Shown here: piece by piece, positions 48,127 to 60,800 of the stretch
Position numbering within the stretch: the first letter of the stretch is position 1
Layout of the letters: every line of letters starts with the position of its first letter
Assembly (NCBI RefSeq): GCF_037042905.1
Contig: NC_087251.1
Location: forward strand, 6,326,001 to 6,390,000
DNA from: Lytechinus pictus
Lineage: Eukaryota
Length of the DNA: 64,000 bases
Direction: 5' to 3'
The notes under the pieces: generated by a model
What the model saw: only the letters and a program-made list of their open reading frames with translations
What the model was told of the DNA's origin: nothing
The model's database searches: none
Position numbers and translations under genes: made by a program

Positions 48127-49343
48127 AATATAGATCAATAAAAGATTATATCATGCAGGAAGTTGCACTCATCTTACTGTTCAGTTTCTTTATTCAATAC
48201 AAGCTAATGAGATTTTATGCAATTATGTTGTTATCCATAACATAACAATTCCACATATTTAACTGTACATACAATATTTTATCATATTTTCCAATAAGAT
48301 GCTCCCTTTCATACATATATATCAAAGTTATACAAAAATATAGCATCAGTCTCTTGTTTTTATCTTTTAAGTTTGCAAAGAACAGAGCACTTAGTCAGCA
48401 CCAATATTTTATAAAATAGAAACACACACTTCTGTATGGTACGTAAAATTGATATGTACATTCAAATTGAAGCAAAGTGAATAAACATCACTTTTCAGTA
48501 TTTTGGAAAAAAAAAAACATGTAATTTTTTTTTCATAATTTCATAGCTCTTATCTACACAAGATATACTGGGCGAGTTAAAAAAAAGGAAGTTTGCGATT
48601 TGACGAAAAAGGTACGGCATAAATGCACTGAATGAGTCCAGATGTCCATGTTCGTAATCCTACAGGAGTTGCATTAAGATACATTGTTAGAACATGTTGA
48701 ATAATTGACATGAGAATTGTTAAATAAACACATTTTTTTGTTTTCAGTTTGAATCCTCATTATTAATTTATTGAAAATGTTACTTTCCAATTAAATTTTA
48801 TACTGCAACTTATGTAGGATTATGACTTTATATTCATTTCATTTATTGCAGACATACAATGTACCTTTGGCACAAATCACATTTTACATCACAATAAAGA
48901 ATACATCTGTCCAGATTATCCAAGTATAAAGATATACCACGTAAAAATGGTATCAAATTATATAAGAGAAAATATTCTTTGCGGACATATAATAATAATA
49001 TAATAGCTTTATGTTCATGACAAGGACTCTCATTAAAATTTAAATTGTTAAGTGTAAAGTTTCAGTGGTTTTTTTTTCTCTATTACTCCATATAACAAAC
49101 CAGATGAATTTCATCTAAACCAGTGAACATTTCACCATTAATTGTAAGTACATAATAATCTGAAGCAATTCAACAGTAATATAGCCTTTAGAAAATTACA
49201 CACACTGCAGGACGATTGGTAAGGATGAAAGAATACTGATTTTTTTTAAAGTTTCAATTCATATTATTTGACTATATTGTCAGTGCAGCATTTCAAACCT
49301 GAATGGATTCACATAGAACTTTACATACAAAGGAATACCCTAT

Positions 49344-49742
49344 GGCCGGAATTCACAAAGGTTGTTTTTAAAAACCATCTGTTGAACCCATGGTTTATGC
49401 AGATTTCATGTATAAATTATGCCTAATTTTCTACCTATATAAAAAAAAATGTCCAATGCTGACGCACGCTTTTGTGCGCAAAATTGATGCCTGTTGCCAT
49501 GGTTTAGTATGCTATTTTATTCATGATTCCACTGTTTTAAATTAATGAGTCCACTCTTCAAAACGATGGACTAATGAATAAAATAGCGTATTTAACCAAT
49601 TTTGATTCACTGTGACAAAAGCACGCATCAGCTTTGGACACTTTTCAGTATACGGGGTAAATAAGCAATATTTATACAGGAAATCTGCATAAACCATGGG
49701 TTCAAATGATGGTTTTCAAAACAAACTTTGCGAATTAGGGCC
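49344..49742. mobile_element. Palindromic MITE (Harbinger-like GGCC ends)
   Basis: GGCCGGAATTCACAAAG..TGAACCCATGGTTTATGCAGATTTC ... GAAATCTGCATAAACCATGGGTTCA..CTTTGCGAATTAGGGCC. Confidence 0.78.
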
Positions 49743-52592
49743 TTTCAGGTCGGTCTTCATTTTTATCATGTCCATGTGGAGAACGGTCAGTTGGTTAGAC
49801 TTGGTTAAAATTTAAAGATAATTATGACAAATGCAAACAACATTAATTTGTTTAAAAACTACAAAGGGCCAACATCAATTTCATACATGTATACCAAATA
49901 CAATTAACAAAATTTAGTTACTTGTGATATGTTTCTTCCTTGCTGTAAAAATCTCCTCCCTCCCCTACCCCCCCCCAAAAAAAAAGAGGAACAAGTGAAT
50001 AAAAAAAAAGGATATGTAGCTGTATCTTCCAATAATTCACACATATCAATACCACTTATGATTATGATTGATAAATATGATAGCTGTCACACTGTTTGCA
50101 AACCTAAAACATTTGCAAAAGGTAACAAGGATATATATTTATGGCAAGAAATTATCAATGATTATGAGGTTATGTAACACATGACAGATATCTGTGTAAA
50201 TGCAATAAATTAAGTACTGCTAAATGGGGACGGATATAATGTAATGCTCAGCAAATATTATTTCTTTGGAATTAGTTTAAGTAGCACAAAGTGAAATTCC
50301 ATTGTTAGAGCTAAATATAGGATATTTTTATAAGGAGCTTTGAGAAAAGAGGATACTTGGTGAAGCGAGTGTTGCTTGGAATCTTTTTTTTTGTTTCAAC
50401 TCAGTTGTATTCTGATTAAGATAAGAAATATGTAGTAATTTACAGGATCCCAATGTAAGTTAAAAACATCAAAATTTGTAGAAACATGTAGATTATTTAT
50501 ACTTTATACAAACAATGCAAAATCATCATTTTATAAAAAAAGGAACATGTTTGGAATATAACAATTTCATATCACATTCACATGGAGCCTGTCAAATGAA
50601 TAAGCTAGTATCTTATATCTTAATAGCAATCAATATCAGTTTCAACATTATTTTGTAAAATATGTTTAAAAATTCAGGACTTTTCCAGGTCAAATTCTCT
50701 CTTTTTTGTATTGTTCAGTGCAATCAAAATAATGTCAGGACAAATATAAAATCATTGTGCCTCTGGTGTCTTGGTGACTAATAATTATTTTATTTAAAAC
50801 GATATTAATCTTCTTCATTCTACATGCATATTCAAGTCTATTTTTACAATCTAATTTCACACTTGATTTTGTTTCATCTACTAATCCTCTCTAATTTATT
50901 AATGTATTTTGCTTTTGATACAAATTCAGGCACCATGTGACCACACTTAATATCTCTCATGTAGGCTACTGGTTGATAATCAAGGCAACATGGAAGAACT
51001 ATATATCAAATTGGCCTGTATTTTGAACTCTGGTTTAAAGTTGTGATTTAACTATAGACAGCAAAATGTGACCAGTATCTCTAACAAGTTCTATTTATCA
51101 GCTCATTCGACACTCAAATCATTCATAAGTGACTGAAAATGATAAATTACTGAAATAATTCTCATTAAACACGAGGAAAGAGCCAAGTAATGATAAGAAA
51201 CATAATTCAACTGCAATTTTGAAAGGCTTGGCTTACCATAATTTTAACTAAGAGATCAATACTTCAAATTGAATAAAAAATGATAAAAAAAATTGGACCA
51301 CTGACAAAATTCTACTTCAAAATATCTTGCATTCTTTAAACAAGAACAATGGAACAAACTAACTGTATGCAAGATATGGCATGGCAAGACTACGATTGTC
51401 ACAATACCAGCAACAGAAGATTATATACCTTCTTGTTAATATACCTGTAATTGTTTAGACTCATTCAAATTACAATTTTAAGATGTTTCCATGGAATATG
51501 AATAGATGTTAAAAAGGCTTTTGTTTATATATACAGTTCAACATATTGACAATGTCTGGGCACTTTACAGTATTAAACCAATCCAAATGCCTATTTTGGT
51601 GACTGGACTTCAATTGCCATTATTGCAATATCCCCATCATTGAGTTAAAGATGTGAAGATGTATATTTTGCTGAGCAACATGAGAGTGATGTTTAAAAAA
51701 GGAATGTTAAAGGAAAATGTAGGTCTACTTTGTCAAACAGTTCCCTTCATGGGTGGTCAACGGCAGCGGATTATTTGATATTATTACCGATTTCATCAAA
51801 TTTGAGTTAACCTGTATACAACTTAAGTGTATGCTCAACTTTCTGGCGAGTATTCCAGCCATTTATTGTAAGGATACAATGCTGAGGAAATTATGACTTG
51901 CTTTCTGAAAATATTCTGGTTTTATTTTCACTAATTTTACCAGTCCAATAGTGCCCCCTAAAATTCACTCTGGCCTTTGCTGCACATGAAATTGAAACAA
52001 GAATTGATAAAATATCTGTGCAAAAATATTCAACACTGTATTGGAGACATTTAGAAATTACTTTTCATTTAACAAAGTACATAAAAGTTGTGTAATATTG
52101 TAAACATTGATATTCAGGGCAGTCATGAAAAACAAAAACCCTGTTATGCAATCTCAATCAGAAATGGGATTTTTACTGTACAGATGGAAAAAAAAGAATT
52201 TTATAGTTCCAGAGCCCTTTACTTCGTTCAGACAACAGCTGGAGACAATATTCCAAGATTCTACAAATTTGTTTAGGCATAAAACATTCACTTTTCATCC
52301 ATATACATATCTTACATCAATAATACAAAACCTATTAACATTCACTCAGATAAAAAATAATACTGTAATATCTCATATTCACATGGTCCAATTTTATAGT
52401 ACATTGTGAAGACAAAAACATAGCACCAGTTTGCAAATTAACAAAACATAAATCATACATTGTTATCCAACGGTTTGGAATAATTATTTCCTTTTTTCAT
52501 GAAGTGCTTGTGACAATGTGATTTAATTCTTTTCAAAGTCCTTAAAGTTATTGATAACTCTTAAATGAGTTATCAAGGAAGTTCAGATAATA

Positions 52593-53774
52593 AACAAGTG
52601 GAACGCCTCTGGCAGTCTTGCCTGCATTACGCGATTTAATATAGCAGCAGTGCTAACTTTGAAAACTACAATAAAATAATCATTCACAAAAACACCATTC
52701 ATATAATGACATAATACCACGTTCATTGACCACAAATGACATTTGAACGGTGACTTAAGACTTGTCAACTACACCAATGTCCACATTTCATTCACTCTAT
52801 CCATAAACTTTCAAAGTTATGATGGCAATTCACCAATTACCCCAACATGTCCTAAGTTTATTGACCTTAACTGACCTTTGACCTTGGTTTTGTGACCTGA
52901 AACTCACAGGGGATGTACAGTGATACTTGATTACTCTTATATCCCAAGTTTTATGAACTAGATCTATAAACTTTCAGAGTTAGGATGGTAATTTAACAAA
53001 TACCCCCAACACGGCCAAAGTTCATTGACCTTAAATGACCATTGACCATGGTCATGTGACCTGAAACTCGCACAGGATATTCAGTGGTACTTGATTAACC
53101 TAATGTCCAAGTTTCATGAACTAGATCCATTAATTTTCAAAGTTATGATGGTAATTCAACAAATACCCCCAACTTGGCCAAAGTTCATTGACCCTAAATG
53201 ACCTTTGACCTTGGTCATGTGACCTGAAACTCAGGCAGGATGTTCACTCATACTTGATTAACTTTATGTCCAAGTTTCATGAACTAGATCCATAAATTTT
53301 CAAAGTTATGATAGTAATTCAACAAATACCCCCAACTTGACCAAAGTTCATTGACCCTAAATGACCTTTGACCTTGGTCACGTGACCTGAAACTCGAGCA
53401 GGATGTTCACTGATACTTGATTAACCTTATGCCCAAGTTTCATAAACTAGGTCCATATACTTTCTAAGTTATGATGTCATTTCAAAAACTTAACCTTCGG
53501 TTAAGATTTTGAAAATAATTCTCCCAACATGGTCTAAGTTCATTGACCCTAAATGACCTTTGACCTTGGTCATGTGACCTGAAACTCGAGCAGGATGTTC
53601 ACTAATACTTGATTATCCTTATGGCCAAGTTTCATGAACTAGGTCCATATACTTTCTAAGTTATGATGTCATTTCAAAAACTTAACCTTAGGTTAAGATT
53701 TGATGTTGACGCCGCCGTCGCCGTCGGAAAAGCGGCGCCTATAGTCTCGCTCTGCTATGCAGGCGAGACAAAAA
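52593..53774 (-). mobile_element. HINE-like element with ~5-6 tandem units, reverse orientation
   Basis: Reverse complement of the 16518/39210 family termini: AACAAGTGGAACGCCTCTGGC ... GTCTCGCTCTGCTATGCAGGCGAGACAAAAA. Confidence 0.85.
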
Positions 53775-54115
53775 TGTCTTTACACCAGACTGAGTGCATT
53801 ACATTATAATATTGATTCATCAATTAGCAAGTGTTCATATGATTGCCAAAAGGAGAATAAAAATTGTTTTGATTTATACTACTCATACCAATATTCTTGT
53901 GATTTGATTGGTTTAAAGCCATTAAATATTTGATCCATTTTGTGCTGCATGCAAATTTTATTTTCCATTGCGCGGCGACCGTGCATTTGTTATTTTTCCA
54001 TTGCAAAGTTGAGCATTTTGTATGTGTGTTTGCGTGGATCAAAGTAACAAGGCTGACTGTGCCTGTGCACACTCATATTCATAAATCAAAGGGCGAAAAC
54101 AATTAACTGCTTTAA

Positions 54116-56793
54116 GGACGTTCCACAGTTATGTTTGTGCGCATCATGATCTGCATATTTTACCCTCCGCGCGCTGACGTCACAATGGATGAATCTGCAC
54201 TAACTGCAGATCCGATGTGTTTATGAAGCTAAGAAACTGGAATTATTCCATGGACCATTCTTTTTATTCCTCTACAATTTCAAAATACTTTTCTCTGTAG
54301 TGCTGCAAAGTATGATGAATATGACCCTGAGTTTGAATAAAATAAATGGTAGAGTGGTTCGGAATTTTTCCTCACAGATACAAAGCTTTTGATGGGTGTT
54401 TTAAGAAGCACATTTGCTCTAATAAGAGTGCTGATAGTTAAAAAAAAAAGCACATGAACCCATATTTGTTAATGTTTACACCTCTTATGTATACCTTCCT
54501 CTACAACTTTGCAAAGTTTGGTGAAAATGACATGGGTTTTTAATAAAGTGGAGCATTGCTTTTACTTTTCAAGTTTGTTATTGAAATTCGAAAATTTTGA
54601 GGTTGAGTATTTGTTATCTTTCCCGCAATTTCTAAGAACTGAGAGTGCTGTTAGACTTAAATGAGCAAGCAATTGAAAGCATAGATTATCCATTTTAAGG
54701 ATACAATTATTAATCATATTGCAAAATTTGATAAAGTTTTCATGGATTTTGACTGAGTAATATAGCTTTAAACTCATTGTTGTGATCTCGTGTGGTCTAA
54801 AAATGCCAAATTCTTTTGAATGCGCAATTCTTAAGAACATCTATTTGGGTTAACTTTAAAGCTCTATAGAAAAAAACCAAGCATATGGACCTATAGATGT
54901 TAATTTGTGCATATTTGGAATATTCAGGTGCTAAAGTGTCTATGTGCAAAGTATGATGAAAATGACATGGATTTTCAATGTTTGGGAACAAGACCACGGA
55001 ACCATTCGCATTTTACATGGTATTAACAGACTTTTGCTTGTTTTCGGCGCATTTTGGGCTGTTTCAAGCCAACTTACAACACCTTGGACACGGATCATTT
55101 GAAAACGAGCACATGAACCATGGGGTCCATAGTTTAAATGTCCTAAGTTCTTCAGAATATATTCCTCTACAAATCTAGAGAGTATGATGAAAATGACATG
55201 GATTTTGAATGTTTGGGAGCGAAATACGGGAACCATTCGCATTTTAGACGGTATTATTAGACTTTTTGCATGTTTTCGGCGCATTTAGGCGATTTTCAAG
55301 CCAACTCGCAACAATTTGGACACTGATAACTAAAAAACGAGCACATAGACCCCATATTTTTAATATTTTAACGGCTTCAGAATATATTCCTCTACAACTC
55401 TAGAGAGAATGATGAAAATGACATGGATTTTGAATGTTTGGGAGCGAAATACGGGAACCATTCGCATTTTAGACGGTATTATTAGACTTTTTGCATGTTT
55501 TCGGCGCATTTAGGCGATTTTCAAGCCAACTCGCAACAATTTGGACACTGATAACTAAAAAACGAGCACATAGACCCCATATTTTTAATATTTTAACGGC
55601 TTCAGAATATATTCCTCTACAACTCTAGAGAGAATGATGAAAATGACATGGATTTTGAATGTTTGGGAGCGAAATACGGGAACCATTCGCATTTCAGACG
55701 GTATTACTAGACTTTTTGCATGTTTTCGGCGCATTTAGGCGATTTTCAAGCCAACTCGCAACAATTTCGACACTGATAACTAAATAACGGGCACATAGAC
55801 CCTATATTTTTAATATTTTAACGGCTTCAGAATATATTCCTCTACAACTCTAGAGAGAATGATGAAAATGACATGGATTTTGAATGTTTGGGAGCGAAAT
55901 ACGGGAACCATTCGCATTTTAGACGGTATTATTAGACTTTTGCACGTTTTCAGCGCACTTTAGGAGGATTTCAATATTTTCAAGCCGTCTCGCAACACTT
56001 TGGACCCTGATAGTTTAAAAACGAGCATATGGACCCTATATTTTTATTATTTTAACGGCTTTAGAATATATTCCTCTACAAATCTAGAGAGTATGATGAA
56101 AATGACATCGATTTTGAATGTTTGGGAGCAAAACTACGGAACCATTCCCATTTTAGACGGTGTTATTAGACATTTGCACGTTTTTGGCACATTTTAGGCG
56201 ATTTTCAAGCCAACTCGCAACACTTTGGACACTTATAGTTAAAACACGAGCACATGGACCCTATATTTTTAACTTCCCTACATCTTCCATACACATTTCT
56301 CTACAATTTAGCTGAATTTGATGAAAATGACATGGATTTTGAATAAAGTGCAGCTTAAATTATTATTATTTTTTTTTTTTAGTAGATTCACGTCTTTGAA
56401 GATTTGTTTTTTCCGAGTTTTTGCACCATTCTTGCCAAATGGGGGCACTGCTGACTCCAAATAGATATAGTTTTACCAATTAAAAGACTTTCTACTACTT
56501 TGGTATCTACTTAGTTACACATTCTGAAAGTTTGATGAGTTTGATGCAATATCGAAAGAGTAAAGATAATTCAAACTCATTTGGTGAATTCGTGAGGTCT
56601 AAGAAAGGCATAATTCTCATGATTGCGCAACATTTTATATCATTCAAATACGGCGACTTTGAAGTCCCGTAAAAAAAAAAATAAGCACATGAACCTATAT
56701 TATTTTTAGCATTTTTATAATGCATAGATACCAAAGTAACTCTGCAAAATTTGGTGAAAATGACATGGACTTCATTTTAACTGTGGAACGTCC
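54116..56793. mobile_element. TTAA-flanked TIR element carrying a 225-bp tandem array
   Basis: ttaa|GGACGTTCCACAGTTA ... TAACTGTGGAACGTCC|ttaa, perfect 16-bp TIR. Confidence 0.9.
54955..56340 (+). repeat. Tandem array, ~6 x 225 bp
   Basis: GATGAAAATGACAT at 54955, 55186, 55411, 55636, 55861, 56095 and 56320; central units nearly identical. Confidence 0.93.
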
Positions 56794-57683
56794 TTAACTG
56801 CTTTCATACATGGGGAAAGTTCTCGTGTTTTCAGAGAAAATGAATTTTCGGACAAAGGCAAATACATTTTAATTCCATCTGCTTTTGTTATTTTTTTTCT
56901 TTTATTTTGTCAAATAACACAATCTACAAGAGTTATTGTATAAACCAAATGATGAATGTCTTCATTCATCCATTATGCAACCTATCCACTCTCAATGAGA
57001 CTGTGTTCACCCCATTGTACTCAGCCTAATGGCTTCTTGCAATAGATTGAACAGAACCTCAACTAGAGTGAGGATAGATCGCATAATGAACTCTTGTGCA
57101 TGCATCATTTGTATAGTATATAATTTCTTTAGACTCTTCAATTTTACCACAAATAGTAAGGCAAGTTTTAACATTTATTAATGGTAACTAAACATCACAA
57201 GAATAAATTACACAGTCACAATCACTTCACAAAAAGAGAAAGAGGTAACGATTCCAACTTGTGGACAACAATGAATTCTCCAGCTTCTCTTTCTTTTTTA
57301 TTGAGAAGTACATAGATATGCTAAATGTTACGTGACAGGCATAATAAAAGAAATGAATGATTGTAATTATTACATTCCAAAGTTATCGATAAAAAAATGT
57401 ACTAACTACAAGATTCAATCAATCATGGTTTGAAGTAGGGATCAATAGGCACACATTGCACAGATTGGTAATTCCAAAAGAAGATGTACAACTTAGATAT
57501 AAAGATTCATAATTTATATTACCAAATTTCAAAATAACTGTGACCCCCTTCTGCTTTTTGTCTCTCTTTCATCCCCCCATTCTGTCTCTCTATCTCTCTC
57601 TCTGTCCCTTTCTCAAAAAGAAAAAGAAGCAGGAGAATTATATAAACTATATTTTCTACAAAAAAAAATAATGTAAACTAACG

Positions 57684-57888
57684 TCATCCACAGCCACATG
57701 GGTCTCCACATTGTTTTCTATGATGCCATCTACTTCGGATTTCATCTGGAGTTAATTCTGCAGATACATACATTGAAGATGAACATACATTGTCACAGTG
57801 CCACCTCAGGTCGTCATGGTAATTTGGTTGAAGAGCAGCTAACCATATACCCAAGGATACATCTTCTCCTTGAAACTTGAAAAGATTT
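57684..57888 (-). CDS. B3GALNT2: B3GALNT2 terminal exon
   Basis: ttgcacag|A..TGA; NLFKFQGEDVSLGIWLAA..CGDPCGCG*. Confidence 0.92.
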
Positions 57889-60800
57889 CTGTGCAAGGTT
57901 ATAGGAGAGAAATAAAAATTGACCCTTGTAAAGACAGGTTAAAAAACAAGAAAGTTTTGAACAGAAAAGAAAAGCATCATGCCTGAAGGGTTTTGAAGAG
58001 TTTTCTCACAAAAATGTCACGATCCAATCTCTTAACCATCTTTGGACTGTAGCCTTGCAATCTTTCATGATTACTGTTTTTTGTTTGTTAGATGATTGGA
58101 GGGCGATTGGACCTCATGTGTGTTTGGTGGCCAGTGATGCTTTAGCTTGAAAATTGCAAGCATAGTACCAATAACATTTAACTTCCGTAACAAAATCTTT
58201 TGCAATCTAAATTCATATTAGGATATATCTTGCATGAATTCTGTTATTACAATTGTATCTAACATTCATGATAGATATATTCTCCTTAAATTAAAAACTG
58301 TACTTGATAAACTAATAACCCAAAAGACAGTTTGTTTAGATGTACATATGGAACAGTTATCAGCATCAATACATCTCTCATGAGGCACAGTTTATGGAGA
58401 GTTTTAATAAATATGCCCTTATTTCTCCTTAAAAGTTACTTACATGTATCTGCATTGAAAAAAAATATGAAAGAATCTTAAGGCAAGAATAATCTGCTGC
58501 AGAAATAGAATGCCAAATACCTTGAATTAGTAGCTATCCACTGAAATAGATCCCTTGTCATTAGACTGCCTGATCCACAGGCAAACGATGGGTAAACAGG
58601 TGATTGGTAGTCATGCTCCGCCCACTTCCCATGATGTTCCACTGACCAGCCAAATCTGAACTGACCCCACCAAAGTTTAGATGCTGGATACTCCTCATTT
58701 CCAAAGCTCTTCATACAGAAGATTAAAATTTACAATGTAGCCAATATTGAATGCTGATTGATTTTATAAACATAACTATGCCCAAGTCAAATTTTTTTTC
58801 AAACGACCAATATTTTACTTAACTTTGGAAAATTTAGATTTAGAAGAATTAAATTACATGTAATGAGTTTTGTACATGTGTAATCTGGTCTGAAAATCGC
58901 TTTAAATTGGGCAATTGTTTAAAATAGACTGACTTATGCAAACTCATTGTATTACTCATCTCACTTTTAAATCACCAATTCAACTGACATATACATGAAC
59001 AAATACTACATAATTATGATCAAATGAAACATACAATACATCATCAAAATGTGGACAGTTAAGGGGTATAATCAGTCAGAAGCATAATGATGAGAGTACA
59101 AAGTATCCAACCTCATTGTTTTCAATATTGTGATAGATCACAATACATTTCAATTTATCAACCATCAAATTTTCCATAATTTTTCTTCTTTAGATATCAA
59201 GTACCTAATTGTTTGGTCTTTTCACAGGCAATCATAAGCTAAAATATTTAACTAGTAGCTACACCGGTAACCAAAAAGAATCAATATTGATAAATGGCTA
59301 AAACTGGTTGATAAAATGTCAGTTATCTATACTGATTAGAAGACCAGGTAAGAATAGATACCTACTTGGAGAAAAGTTTGGTATATTTTCCAGTCTGTAA
59401 TTTACAGATTAGAATAAGAATGAAAAATGAAGTGACTCACCTGCATAATATTATCCAGATTCATGTAAACATCATCATCAGTTTTGATTACATATTGGAT
59501 ATTGCTTGATTGCACCACCCTGTAATTAACAAAAAAAAATATATGAGTTACCCACAATGCAACATTTCACACTTTTATATTAGCATTACCAAACATCTTG
59601 TGTGATGACTACAATGAAAACTTAAATTAGCATCCACCTCTCTATAGCAACCACCTGTTGATAAAGGCTGATTTTTTTTTCTCATGGGTGGTCACTATAT
59701 AGAGGATTTGCTGTATGTAAAGCAAGATGCCTTAAAAAATAATACCCTGCAAAATGAAAGGAAAAAAACAAAATGGGTGATTTCATATGTGTCGTACGGG
59801 ACATTAAGAGAACATTTGACAGTTTTTTTACAAGAAAAACAAAAAATATTCCAGTAACTAAAGGTGATCATCGAGTACTACCAGAGTGTTAGAAAAACCA
59901 AGACTTAACATGACTTGAATTCACATCCTGTATAATACAGATTTAAAATAGTAATGTGTCGTACGGACGCAGAAAAAGTGGCTTTTTTAGAAACCTCAAG
60001 TTTGTACTCTAAAGTCTGTGAGTTGGACAGATAATTTTCATAGAAACTGAACTCAAATTGATATTCAATTACCCAAGAACAAACACATCTATGAAAGAAA
60101 GCAAAATAAACATTCAAGAATAAATAAAGCAAATTACAATTTTCAAGAACATTGTGGCGTACGGGACACTCAAAATGTGTCGTACGGGACATCTCTAAAT
60201 TTAAGCCAAACTTTCTTACTTTATGTCTCTTTGACTTCTTCAATCACTTTATTTGGCTGATGATAATGATAATCCTATCAAACTAAAGACATTCATTATG
60301 TTAGAAACCGCTATTGGCTGAATATTTCTGTCAATTATCATAAACAAAATAATGTGTCGTACGGGACACTTGTGTGTTGTACAGGCACTTGCGTGTTGTA
60401 CAGGCACTTGCGTGTTGTACTGGGCAGCCTGAATAAAACAATGAACTTTTTATCAATCAGAAGGGGAGCATTGCCCCTAAATTCTTCCTTATTAATGAAA
60501 AGTCTTTTAATAAGTAGTCATTCAGGACAATATAATTAAGTAACCTCAATATATACAATCAGGAGCAATATGTTATCCTTTTTTTTCATGATGGGAAATG
60601 TACAAGGGTTCACAGCATTTTACGAGCTGAAAAACTTGAGGTTTCGTGTGATGTTATATTTAGTGAATTAATTGATGATTTCCAATACACTATTTAAACA
60701 ATGAATGAATAAAACTGTTTGTGTAAATTATGGGGCTAAAATGTTATATTTTTTCATATAAAATGTATATATACATGATATATGTCACAACTGTCACTTG

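Noticed and set aside
46430..52590. Additional gene between the bHLH-HMG gene and B3GALNT2
   Set aside because: Only short AT-rich ORFs and MITEs; no consistent exon chain found.
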